Source: Orbicella franksi
Lineage: Eukaryota
Direction: 5' to 3'
DNA length: 64,000 bases
Assembly (NCBI GenBank): GCA_964199315.1
Contig: OZ116701.1
Coordinates: 24,242,001-24,306,000 of the forward strand
Shown here in pieces: positions 50,063 through 62,799 of this stretch. The stretch's first letter is position 1, and each line of letters starts with the position of its first letter. The notes under the pieces were generated by a model. It saw only the letters and a list, made by a program, of their open reading frames with translations, made no database searches and was not told the DNA's origin. Both the position numbers and the translations under genes were made by a program.

Positions 50063-53000
50063 GCGGGTGATGCGTCCAGTCCTTGTAACTTGGCTCTTTG
50101 GGTGATAACAGGTTCCTTCACTGGTTACAACAGCACCTGCTGGCTTGAGATCAATTTGCCTCTTGCTGCACGGTAGTTGGAGAGACAGTGACTGATCTGG
50201 TGTCGGTGTACTGTCTTGAGGACTGGCTTCTGACAACGGAGGTGGTCTGGTCGCCTTGTCATTGGGTATGTGTGCATCTTTGGAGTCGTCTACTGGAGTC
50301 ACTGTACCGATAGGCAGAGTGTTACTGCCAGCTGAGGGGGGTATTTCACTCTGGCTCCTTGGTCTCAGGTGCTCTCTTGTTCTCTGGTAGATCTTCCCTT
50401 GAATGTCCACTGTGTAGGTTCGGGGGTGCTCCATTGGCTGTGGCCTACTTAGCACAGTTCCTGGCTGCCAGGTATTCTTCAAGGTGTTCCAGATGAACAG
50501 TGGTTCTCGGTTGTTAAGGGCCTTCTTGTCGCTACCAGCCTTCCTGTCATAGAATACTGCTTGCCTCTCTTGGCATTTCTGGTTAGCTTCATGGTGGAGG
50601 TCATCATTCGGGTGTTTGGACTTCAGTGTGCTTCTGCTGCTTGGGAGTGTCGTTTGGGGTTTACGTCCAAACAGCAACTCGTGAGGTGATGGCATCTGGT
50701 CACTAAGGGGAGTCGTGCGATACATCCATAAGGCTGTGTAAGGGCATTCCTTCTCCTCTAGTGCTTTTCTTAACAGTGACTTGCAGGTTCCAATTGCCCT
50801 CTCTGCAAGGCTGTTGGCTTGGTGGTGGTATGGGGAACTACAGTGTAGTGTGATGCCACTTTGTTTGCATTTGGTTTTGAATCTTTCGCTGATGAACTGA
50901 GATCCGAAGTCGGCAATGATAGTGGCTGGTAGGCCATATTCTGCAAGGATGCTTGTGAAGTGGTTGCACACGGTGTGGCTGGTCTTGTCGTTGAGGAGTC
51001 TTATCACAGGGAATCTTGAGTAATAATCAACGACCATAAGGTACTTCTCCTTGTTAAATTCAAAGATGTCCGTTCCAAGCTTCTCCCATGGTCGGGTTGG
51101 AAGGTCTGGCTGCAAAATGGGTAGTCTGGGCTGAGCTGGCTTGTGTTTGTTACACAGGTCACAGTCCTTTACCATCTGCCTGATGTCAGTGGAGATACTG
51201 GGCCAGAACACTGATTCTCTAGCTCGGAGGATGCATTTGTTCTCTCCTTGATGTCCCAGGTGGATCGCTTGGAGAACTTGGTTTCTCATGAAGGCTGGTA
51301 TGACGATCCTGCTACCTTTTAGTACTAGGCCGTCCTCTAAAGTGAGGTCGCATCAGACGTTCCAAAACTCCCATAGTTCTTGCGGGCATTGTTTTCTGTA
51401 GGGAGGCCAGCCATTATAGATGGTATTCTTCAGTAGATTCATGGTAGGATCTTGTACTGTAGAGGACTTTACTGCTGTTAGGTCAATGGGGGTGGATATG
51501 AAGTGGATGTTACGCTGTGATACGGTGTCCTTAGTCGTAGTCTCAGTGCCATGTGTTGCTCTCGTGTGACACACTCATGACAGGGCGTCGGCAACTGGGA
51601 TGGATCTCCCTGGCTTGTACTGGACATTGATATCAAATCGCAGGCATCTAAGAAGTAGCCTCTGCAGCCGGCCTGGAGCCTCATTGATGTTTTTCTTGAG
51701 AATTTGTTCCAAGGGGGAGTGATTGGTTTCAACTGTCACGTTTCGACTGAGCAGGTAGTACTTGAACTTCTCCAGGCCATATGTGACTGCCAGTCACTCG
51801 CGCTCAATATTAGAATATCTGGACTCTGCGTCGGTGAGTGACCGGGATGCCATGGCAACAATTGTGTTCATTTCCTTGAGAGTCTGACTGTCTTAGCCAG
51901 GCCCCAATGCCTGTTTTGCTTGCGTCACACTGAAGGATTGTGGGTGTACTCGGATCTGGGTCGTAATAGGAAATGAGTTTGGACGTGCAGAGTTCTTGCT
52001 TAATCCTGTCGAGTGCCTTCTGGTGGTGGGGCTCCCAGCTAAAATGGATGTTCTTCTTGGTTAGCTCTCTTAGTGGCGATGTTAGGTCCGCTAGCTTTGT
52101 CAAGAAGCGGTTCAGGTAAGTTACCATGCCCAGGATAGTCTGAAGCTCCCCCATGTTTGATGGGCTCTTCGTGTTGTGAATTGCTTCAAGTTTCTCCTTC
52201 GCTGGTTGGATTCCATTCTCTGTCAGAACGTGCCCGTAGAAGTCGACTTGTGCCTGCTTGAACTGCAGCTTTTCGGCGTTTAGGCTGACATTGTGCTTGC
52301 GAGTGGCCTTGAGCATTTCACAGAAGGCTTGGTCGTGGTCTGATTGGGTTGCGCCACATACCACGATGTCATCAGCAATCCCCATTACATTGGGGATGCC
52401 CCTGTAAACCTCATCGAGTTTGCGTTGAAAGATGTCTTGGGAGAGTTTGACCCCGAAGGGTAATCGTTTAGAACGGTACCGTCCGAAGGGAGTATTAAAG
52501 GTGCACAGCAGGCTTGACTCGTGGTCCAAGGCTACGTGCCAATAACCTTTCTTAGTGTCAACAACAGAGAAGAATTTCTTTCCATGCAGCTGCGGTAGGA
52601 GCTCATTGATGGTACAGGTGTAATAGTGCTCTCGACGTATGCTCTTGTTGAGGTCCTTAGGATCAAGGCAGAGTCTGATCTTCTTTTTGCCTTCAGGAGT
52701 TTCTCTGATGTTACATACGATTGAGTTTACCCAGTCGGTTGGCTCGGTCACGGCTGTGATGACATCGTCCACGATCATTTTATCAAGTTCCTCCTTGTAT
52801 AAGGGAAGTATGTGTACTGGAACGGTGCGTGGCGGGTGGATGACTGGGACAGGGTGGTCAATTAGCCGAATGTGATACTTCTCTCCCGGAAAACAGCCTA
52901 GCTTGTCAAAGCAATCTTGGTATTCTTCCATAACAGTGGGCTCAGATAGCTGACCACGTTGTGCCTCAGCTTCTGTCTTGGTTGGGGGAATGGTGTTAAC

Positions 53001-54370
53001 TTCATCTAAATTTGTTGATATTATTCCCAGATCCTGGCATTGTCGGCACCCCAGCATAGATGGGCTTCCTGTGGCTTCCACGATGTTGAATTTGATATTG
53101 GCTGACTTGTCCTTAAAGGAGACCTTTAAGGTGGCAACACCAAGGTTTTCTATTTCAGAGCCTCCATATCCTCTAAGGACATTGCTGCATGGAAGGATAG
53201 TAATCGGGAATGGGAAGTGCTGTAGGTCTGCGGAGGTGATGACGCAGGCATCTGCTCCCGTATCTACTTTCAGGCTCATGTCATGGACTTCATTAATCTT
53301 GACCTTGGCAAAGATTTTGTCTGGGTGGCTGTCGAGGGCGTTTAGTGAAATCTCTTGGGTTTGCTGGTGCTTTGTTGAAGTAAGAGTTCCAAGAAATACA
53401 GTAGTGGGTTCTGTGTTGCTTGTTTCTTCTTCTGATTCTTCTTCGAGAGTGTACTCATAATCATCCTCAAAGGGGTACTCATCCTCTAGGTGGATGTCCT
53501 GGCCCTGGTACTCTGGGCTACTCACGATCTGGTGAACCTTTTGAAGGCGTTTTTGCATGCACACTCTCGCGTAATGGACAGTCTTGCCACAGTGCTTGCA
53601 TTTTGCATTCTTGGCGGGGCAATTCGCTGATTTATCATGGGTGTTTCCACATCTGAAGCAGCCTTTCGACTTGAATTGAAGTCGGCAAGGTTTTCTTCCG
53701 GTATGATCTCTTTGGTTTTGGTCGCCGTAGGAAGTTTGGTGTGTGAAGCTTTGTCCCGGTGGGTGTTTTTTAGTCGAATATGCAGATTCTCTTTGAACTG
53801 TGTGAAGATCAGATTTCTCGTCACCTTTGGAAATTATCTTCATTTGTGCTTTAGTGCTTTCCTCGACTTTCGCCAGGTCGTAGACTTGCTTGAAGGTTAG
53901 CCCGTTACCAAGTGCTATCGCGTCTTTGCGTACTTTATCGGACGCCATGCCAAATACCAACTTATCTCTGAGGGTATTTTCTTTAGTGGCGGGATCGTAT
54001 CCACCATCTTCTATTAATAGTTGCGCTTCGGTTACGAATTCCTCAAGTGGTCTATCTCCCTGCTTTAGGCATCGAAGTTGGTATCTAGCGAGGATTTCAT
54101 TACTTTGGGGCTTTGTATGAGCCTCTAGTGCCGCCATAACTGGACTGATCTTGAGGTCATCGCCTTCGCTGGCCCATGTGGTCGTGTTGTAGATTTCGAG
54201 GCCTTTGTCGCCAATCCATAAAAGCAGCAGTTTCACCTTTTTTGCCTCTTCGACTTTATCGAGTGGCCCCGCGAAGATAAGTTCGCACTTCTGTTGGAAG
54301 AGTTTGAAACGCTTGTGAATGTCTCCTGGAGTGGTTCAGTCCATAGCTGGTGGTTTGAATCGATCGGCCA
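50039..54370 (-). pseudogene. Gypsy gag-pol (gag, 2x CCHC, PR, RT, RNase H, INT)
   Basis: CFRCGNTH...C, CKHCGKTVHYARVC, VDTGAD, GIADDIVV, CDASKTGIG, HLGHQG...CDLC, VVDYYSRF, DFGSQF, NSLAERAI. Several stops and frameshifts. Confidence 0.93.
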
Positions 54371-57300
54371 TGTTGTTTTGAATGCTCAAAGTAATTGATG
54401 TGCTCTACAACTTGCACTTGAATGAATTTGTGTTCGAATGCTTGAAATACTTCACCTGGAGGATCCAGTATCTTCTCAGGATCCCACTTCTGACACCATG
54501 CAGTAGAATGGAACATAGACACGAATATAGATTTGCTTAAAGTCTTATTTTAATCGCCATGTGCTTGGCCCGACAAGAGATTACATGATGCATGGGGCGC
54601 GCATGCCTGTATATGATGTGTCATGCTGGACGTACTGTGACAAACCTTACCTATTGCCTGCATTGGGCTAGGACTATGGAATGTTTATGATAAATTTGGT
54701 ACATTCTGAGAGGTGCAGATTTTGCCAAAACCCAAATACTGGACTCACTTAAATGCTGTGTCTTGCACTAAAATGCCTATCCTCATGGCTGTATATTAAA
54801 AATGTTTTCATGTAACCGACAAAATTTTAATAATAGCGTAGACGGTTGCTCACAGTTCTGACTGTCAATCCTTATAAACAGGAATTTTATCACATTTATT
54901 TCACAACACTTAATTTTCATGATTTTCTTCAATTTGCAACATTAAAGTGTCATGAAAATTCCATGTAATATGGTAATAAGTTCCATTTATGAGACCATTA
55001 AACAAGTTTTTGTTAGTACAATATTGATCATGTAAATGTTATTAGCTATTTTTATCAGAGTTTTTCCTTAATTTTCTTAAGACAAAGGGTCATTATATTG
55101 CCCAATGTAGGAAAAATGTTAGGAAAAATTGTCAAGCAATGCATAGATTGCTCTATGGTCTGTAAAATGTTTCTAAAATACAAACTCTAACTTGTGTTTC
55201 TGGCAAGTTGGTATATATGTGATCTATGCAAGTCTTATTGTCTGTTGTATACGATGACATTAGTTGTTTATACTGATGTTCCCTGATGAAAAAATTGTAC
55301 AAGGGTTCTCTTTCTGAGTGGTTAAACCAGTTGACATTGAAATCACCCATAAATATTTTAAAATTGGTTAAATGCATTGCTAGAACTTCTGATAAAGCTG
55401 TCAATAGTTGCCTGATTGAAACTTGAGGAGACCGATAAATGGCTATATAGGTAACATGGGGAACAACTATTAATCATATTACTGTTATTTCTACTCCATT
55501 CGTATTGCAGCAATATGGATACCCTGGATAATATTCAATCCAACTATAAACTGCTGTACCACCAAATGGTGTCACATTTCCAACTGAAGGAGCATCATTT
55601 CTAAATAAACTATACTGACCAATGTCATATATGCTGTTACTATCACTCACAGAAAACTGAGCTTCTGAAAACAAGGTCACATCTGTACTTGAGTAGTTAA
55701 GGTCTACTCGTATATCTCCAATGTGTTTTTGTAAGGAACGTGCATTGAGATAACATAACTTAATGCAAGAATCAGGTGAATTATAGATAGGTGAAATGCA
55801 GATATCTAATTTACCTTCTGTTCTCAGACACTCCATTTCCTTCTCTACATCTTGACTAACTTTTATCTCGCCTTCACATAAATCAGTGATATGCAAGCCC
55901 TCTAAAGTTGTTACTCGGCTTAGACCAACAATGTATGTGTGGGATAGCTCTTCGAGTTTCAAAATTCACAACAATTCTAGCTTCAGTATCACCTTGAGCT
56001 CTATGAATTGTCCTTGCCACAGCTGGTCTAAGTGGAAATTGCTTTCTTACAACTTGGACACTTCTGGTTCTACTAACTTTAAATTCAGCAGTTACTGGTG
56101 TTATTGGAGTCCATGTAGGTTCAATGCCAGTGACATACAGTTGCCTGTTTTTATGTCTAGTTTTTTCACCAACATCAGTATGGTCAAACTTTACCCATAT
56201 TATACCAGATGGCTTGCCTGTTTGGTATAACTGTGTACATTTAATCGCATTGCTAGCACCATTTGTTATGCCATCATCAGTCTGTGTGTTTAGACATATT
56301 TCTGTTCGCTCTCCTATTGCTAAATTTAATACACCATGTAACTGTTTCATTTTCCTTGGACCACTGGGTATTTGGCTTAATATCTTATCTCTAAGCTCAT
56401 GTGAATTTGCTCCTACAACACTATCATAAGCCTTTATTGTGTATTTCATGCCTTGGATAGCATTGTGTGCTCTATTATTGAAATTGTTTACTTTCTCATT
56501 CTGTATAAACAAGTGTGGAGCTTTCATTGGATAACTGCCATTGTTAGGTTGTAGAACCCTTTGTTTCAGCATTGCTATGTCTTCTTGAGTATGCTTCCCT
56601 TCTCTTAATCTGTTAAGCATTTCTGCAAACTGTTTACTCTCTCTTTGTCTCATAATTTCATGGAGCTCAAACATTTTGACAAGTTCCTGCCATAGATTTG
56701 GAGCAAGAATTCCATATTCTGTGCTCAAATCTTTGAATATGTAATCATCCATGACTGGTTGCAGTTGGAATAAATCCCCTATAGCCACAATACTAACACC
56801 TCCAAAAGGTAGTGGGCTTTCTTTGATATCTTTAAGTCTGTTATCTATTTGCACATTAAACATTGTGTTTCCAACCATTGATATTTCATCTATGAAAATA
56901 AGTTTGACACTTCCAATGCGACATCTTAGAGAATTGAGTCTACTAGAGTCAAGATGCCTATAGGTTTTCAATGATTGACAAGCTGGTATTGCTAGTGCAC
57001 TGTGAATGGTATTTCCCTTAATGTTATATGCAGCCTTACCAGTTGGTGCTAACATTAGGACATGGATTTCAGCAAAACTTTCTCCAGCTCTAGAGTTATA
57101 ATACTTCAAAGCTGCTTGATACAAAGCTTTAGTGACATGTGATTTTCCTACACCAGCTCCTCCGGAGAGAAAGCAGTAAAATGGATCTTGTGATATTTTG
57201 ATCATATGTAAAACGTGATAAACAAATTCCGTCTGTTGTTTGTTCAATGTTTGAACCATGAGGCAGTATTCATCATCTGGTCCTTCATTTAATATTAAAG

Positions 57301-60299
57301 GCTCAGTATTATCAGCTGATGGTATTCCTATGTCATCAGAAAGATTGTAATTCTCATTAAAGTCAGCATGTAAGTCCTGGCTGCCTTCACCTAAGTCTTG
57401 TTGCTCAATATCTTGATTACAAGGTGCTATGGAGTCATACGATTCTTCCAGTACACTCATATCTAGTTGTATTTGATTAAAGTCTTCATTGCACACAGCA
57501 TATTGTTTCATTTGTTCATCAATAGATTTAGACATTGCTCTATACCGCTCTTGGAAAGTAGAATAAGCGCCAATAAGGTCTGTTTCCTCATTCCTCCATG
57601 ATGTAAATAGCATCAAAATCTCACGGTAGTGCTTTTCGGGTTCAGCTTCCTTGTTAAACCACACACTTCTAATAATTCTAGCTTTGTTTCTTTTTTTAGC
57701 TTTGCTAAATTCCTTTTCATCACCTTCATTATCATCGTTATGAAAATGGTCAACAAAACGTTCTGATGGAAAACCATCAGTATCCATTTCATAAGACAAC
57801 TTTACATATGGCTTCACTGTTCTATCATACCAGGCAGCCCAGTCTGCAAGGGTAACATTTTCCAGTTTGGCTGGCCGTTTACAGTATTGCTTAAGCAATC
57901 CACTGGTGTAAATTTCCTCGCAATCATCATCCATTTCCTTTATATCATTCAGGGGCTTAAGAAGTTCAACTCTCTCTTTGGGAGGTGAAGTGTTTATAAA
58001 TATAATCTGCCTAGATGACCTTCTCATAGGTAATTGCAGTGTAATATATACAGCTTCTTGGGCACTGATTTCAACATTATTTACAAATCTACTGCCAATA
58101 TCCCTTACTTGTTGTTTAATAGAAGTATTCCCTTTTCTGGCCTCAGTACATGCTTCACGTAACAAATCACTCATCCCCTTCTGGGCCTTTGAAATGTAAT
58201 TTACTATATAAACAGCCCATGCATACACATCAAGCACATACTGAATCTCCATGTTAGCTCTCCATGCTCTAAGACAGGCAGGATTATAGTTATTAATTCT
58301 CAGCTCATTAGGATTTCTCTTTAAGAAAATTGTGGCAGTGTTAAGTGATGAACTTACTGCAAGTAGATAATTCTCTTCTGTAACATTGAGATTCAAAAGT
58401 AGTTGATCAAATGAAATGTCTTCGCCTTCCTTCATATCATCAAGATGATTTTTTATTGATTTCCACATATCTTTGTACACTTTTATTTCATTTTGGGGCA
58501 TGTCAGCATCCAGAGGATAAAGAATCTTTGTTTGCCTCATAGGAGGCTGTGGAAAGTTAAACCTACACTCACTTTTAGTATTCTTACGACAAGTGTGAGA
58601 ATGGCGGTGCACTTGTCTGTTGACCAGATTAAGCAATTTAGGATTGTCTGTGGGTTTTTCACAAGTTATTATCTCATCAATAAACGCAATCACCTCTGAG
58701 TCATTCTGCACTTTGAATTCTGGTGCATTTTCAATCCATATCAACATGTGGATGTGAGGTGAGCCACGCTGTTGGTACTCAACTCTACACAACCAATCTG
58801 ATATTTTGTGTAATGGCTCCACAGAACTTAAAAGGAAGTTGTTCAAAAACTGATTAACTTGATAATCAAAATGTCTTGCACATGTGACAAGATCACTCTG
58901 AATAAGCCTACATCTGTCCTCCCAGTTTAGGTTTTCAAGTTCACTGTCACTATATATCTTGTGGTCTACAAGTTGACCAAGAATTCTGAGAAGATGATAC
59001 CATTGGATTTCAGCAGATGAAAACTACAAAATAATGTAGCTGGTCCTAATTGCCTTATCATTGCAAACAGATCTTTCTTGGCTTTCTCAAAATACGGAGG
59101 AGATCCTTGTAGTGCACTTAGGAATTTAAACCCTTCATCATAACACATTAACCTCTCTATTGCCCCTTCTTGCTTTAAATGATGTGCAGTCAGGTTTCTG
59201 TTATTTGCCTTACACTTTTGTAGAGCAATATTCGATTTACCTAGAAGAATTTTCATTAGTAACTTTTTTGTTTTATAAAATATATTTTCAACACACATGG
59301 CAGCTCTTCTACCTGACCTACAAAGTTCTGATTTGCAGACATCACTGTAGTGCACAAATTTACTCTGCTGTCGTGGCTGACCAAGAAATATGCCTGGGTA
59401 TGCTAATTCCTCTGAATGCTTATCCTTAAATATACTTAAAGGTATGTTTCCTTCAGCAGGTGCAACATTGAAGATACGTGATCGCTCATTATCTTGTAGG
59501 AAGTCAGTTGCTGTTAGCATGGTATCAGTAACACCTGCTGGGGATTCTGTTTCATCTTCACTCCAATTGTCTTCGTCATCATCACTTAATATGCAATCAT
59601 TAGTCATGCTACTACTAGTAGCTCCATTGCTACATTCAGGTCTTAAGGGTAGTGGTTGTTCACAAGAATCTTTATCTTGTGCAAGTTCTGTATCATATTC
59701 GCTAGCCCAGGCTGGATTTAATACTATACCTTCATCTTTATAAAGATTACTATTCAAAATCAGCCAATTAATAGCTTCAAGAACCTTATGTGGTCTTACA
59801 TTTAAAGACAACGCTGAGCTCTTGTACTGTAATTTTCTTTTCAAATTTACTTTTATTGTCCCAGTATTGCTTGGTAACTGTGGTAGCTGACACACTGTGC
59901 TACATACATTAGCAGGTACATTGACAACATTTCCATGAATTTTAAGCGGTTTTCCTCTGGGAGCTTGCATAAGTTTTTGAAAAGCACTCCTAGGGGCAAG
60001 TAATCTGCACTCTAGTTCATTAAGATCAAAGAAGGTTGGTTTCTCAGGAAATACCATCCCATTTATGATTGCACATGGTGGAATTTTATTTTTAATCAAA
60101 TAGCTATGGCATGTCTTGCATATCCATTCTACATTATTGACACTGGTTTTATTACATAAACATTTGATGCTTTCAAGATTAGATTCTCTAAATTTTTTAT
60201 AAGAAAGCACACTATGTCTATACCATAGCTGATCACAACATTAGCAAACATACAATGGACCTTTGGCAACAGTCTCATGAAACTTGGAAATAGCTGAGT

Positions 60300-60720
60300 C
60301 AATATTAGTTATGTTTTTCAGCCTGCAAGCTTTTTGCTTTTTGTCCAGGAGATGCTACCTTTGCTCTGTAAGTATTTTGCTGTTTGTTCTTTTTCGCTTT
60401 TTGCTCAGGCAATGCCATTTTTGCTCTATAAACCTCTTTTCATTTGTATGCCTTCTGCTGTGCATTATGTTTTGCTCTTTGCTCTGGAGATGCAATTTTT
60501 TCTCTGTAAGCCTTTTGCTGTGCATTTCGTTTTGCTCTTTGCTGAGAGGATGCAATTTTTTCTCTATAAGCCTTTTGCTGTGCATTCCGTTTTGCTCTTT
60601 GCTCGGGAGATGCAATTTTATGTCTATAAACCTTTTGTTGTGCATTCTGTTTTGCTTTTTGCTCAGGAGATGACATTTTTGCTCTACAAGCCCTTTGGTA
60701 TTGAGCACAATTTAATTCAC
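60300..60720 (-). repeat. 60-bp coding tandem repeat (~7 units, EQRAKRNAQQKAYREKIASP)
   Basis: In frame with the polyprotein between OTU and the Cys cluster. Confidence 0.9.
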
Positions 60721-61378
60721 TGACTGACTGGAAACTTGCAACACATGTTTTTGAACTTGAGTTATAAGCTGTTTGTTTGTTTGCACTCAATGCAGATAAA
60801 ATGCATTGGTTTTGAGCTGTGTCAATTGATTTCCGTTTGCGGTTGTTAATTGGAAAATCATCAGAGTCAAGGGACGTTCTTTGGCTGAGTGATTGAGATG
60901 TAGTTCCATGAGTTATGGGTATAGTGGAGACATAATGCATTTCCCCTATGTGCCCGATATATACAGACCTCGAATAAAGTGACACATTCACAGGTTCTAC
61001 TAAAGTTACTTCAGCAAAATTCTCACTGGATTCAACTACATTAATCCTTAAATTAAAAGCATCTGCTATAGCTTGCATAATGATGTGATCACCCCAAGTC
61101 CCCTCTCTGGACATATTACTAATGTATTGAAACCATGACATATTGTTTAAAACTGCACTTTCAATAAAGCATTCAGGGTTATTTTGTAAATATTGAACAC
61201 CAGCAGCCCTAATTTCAAAATAAAGATTTGAGTTGTTGTATAACTGGTGTGCTATCACTCTGAAGAGGCAATTGCCACCTCCGCCAACCTCCAAAGGTCT
61301 TAACCCATATCTCTGCAATCTGATTTGAAAGACAGAAGCATGATTTATGTTACACATTTTATAAGACAAGTTATTATC

Positions 61379-61414
61379 GGGACCAGGATTACTCTCAATA
61401 TCACCTGACAGGAT
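61379..61414 (-). other. 2A-like (StopGo) motif ILSGDIESNPGP
   Basis: Exact D(V/I)ExNPGP consensus in ORF 60440-61897, upstream of OTU. Confidence 0.75.
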
Positions 61415-61919
61415 ATTTTTCCGTTCAGCTAAATCATATCTGGTGAAAACGGTTTGTTTTGGATAATATTTGCTATAATAACTGTCTTGCCTCCTAGTAT
61501 GTTCAAGCTTCCATTTTTTGTAGCTAGTAGCAATATCATTCAAAGCAGATGACAAAGGAATTGATTTTTTGATCCAAACTTTGCACTTTTTTCTAAGCTT
61601 TTTGTGCTTCGTTCCATTCAAAACTTTTTTCAGAGATACTCTAGATGGTTCTCTATCTCTAAGATGTACTATCTTAGTAAACGTTGAATTATGCGAACGG
61701 GAAATTCTAATGCAATGTGACCGATAAGGGCTTTTGATAGCTACTGTAACGTTAGTTACACTAGAATGCAGCACTGCAGTCAAGCACGTGTCACTGTGTT
61801 CACTGTTAGTTTCATTCACTTTGGCTTGTGCATGATGGCAACCGAGCAACGTGGTTTCACCAATAGGCATTTGTATTTCATTCTGAATCATCGACATCTC
61901 ATTCGTGTCTTCGGAAACA

Positions 61920-62210
61920 ATATTTGTTCCTCGAAAGGAATGTTTTGCTTCCAGAATAGACTCATTTGTGTCTCGAAAGCCAAGTTTTGTTCCTCGAAAG
62001 GAATGTTTTGCTCCCAGAAGGGATTCACTGTTGTCTCGAAAGACAAGTTTTGTTCCTCGAAAGGAAAGTTTTGCTCCCAGAAGGGATTCATTGTTGTCTC
62101 GAAAGACAAGTTTTGTTCCTCGAAAGGAATGTTTTGCTCCCAGAAGGGATTCATTGTTGTCTCGAAAGACAAGTTTTGTACCTCAAAAGGAATATTTCGT
62201 TCCCAATAGG
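61920..62210. repeat. 60-bp tandem repeat (~5 units) upstream of the polyprotein ORF
   Basis: GTCTCGAAAGACAAGTTTTGTTCCTCGAAAGG...CCCAGAAGGGATTCA units. Confidence 0.92.
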
Positions 62211-62799
62211 GAATAGTGTGATCCCAAGAAGGGCTCATTTGCACCACTCGCTCGCCAGCCATCATGGATTTCCCACGTACGAGTCAGAAGTTCAGGCAAG
62301 ATTTCTCTATACAAAAACTGCTTTGAATCTGAAAGATACCTTAAAGATACATGGCGAGAAAACACAGGACACAGTGCTTGAATGCTGAGACTGAATATTG
62401 GAGAGAAAAAACTTGTAATTTTGGAAAACATACCTGCACTATTCAGCAATAAACCTTCCAGCTCGAAAGCCAAATGCGACGTCGGGCAACGTTTTCCACG
62501 CTGAACTTGGTACAGATAAGTCGATAATTCGACGGTTTGTTTTCGCCCGTACGAGTTGTTCGAAAGGATTCCCGGAATAGAAAGCCTTTTGTTCTGATAA
62601 TTTCCGGAAAAGAGGTTCAGCGGCCGTTCAGTTCATCACTCACTCATACACCTCACTCAGTCAGTATAACATAGTGGCTCTCTTGGCAGAGCCACAAAAA
62701 TTGCTGGGAATTTAGGGGTGGGTTGTGTGCAATTTCATTCGGGCGTGAATGGGTTAAAGAGCATCTTGTTGAGTCACCTGACGTTTCTGTTTCGCTTGA

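Larger units (their letters stand above)
49587..54642 (-). mobile_element. Full-length Ty3/Gypsy (Mag-type) LTR retrotransposon
   Basis: 144-bp TG...CA LTRs (49587-49730, 54499-54642), TSD AACCT, PBS TGGTGTCAGAAGTGGGAT (54481-54498, tRNA-Leu-like), PPT 49731-49743. Confidence 0.95.
55100..61897 (-). pseudogene. Helentron polyprotein: 2A-like motif, OTU protease, 20-aa repeats, Cys cluster, HUH Rep, Pif1 helicase, APE-like endonuclease
   Basis: SGDIESNPGP; GNCLF...WG...HY; GPLYVC...WICKTC; YQQRGSPHIHML, YIVNYISK; GGAGVGKS, DEISMV, GDLFQL; LNARSL, SE, GDFN, IDHIY. Split into ~6 ORFs by stops and frameshifts. Confidence 0.92.
43898..62695 (-). mobile_element. Complete Helentron (Helitron2), ~18.8 kb including nested insertions
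   Basis: 5' end on -: TTTTT-GTGGCTCTGC-CAAG-AGAGCCAC (62674-62700). 3' end on -: GCAGAGCCAC-AT-GCAGTC-TCC-GACTGC-CTA-TTTTT (43892-43927). This gives subTIRs, a 3' hairpin and T-run targets; RepHel-EN lies inside. Confidence 0.85.

Noticed and set aside
52639-54120. Plus-strand ORFs over Gypsy (and similar ones over the Helentron and piggyBac)
   Set aside because: Antisense shadows of real coding frames, with no motifs.
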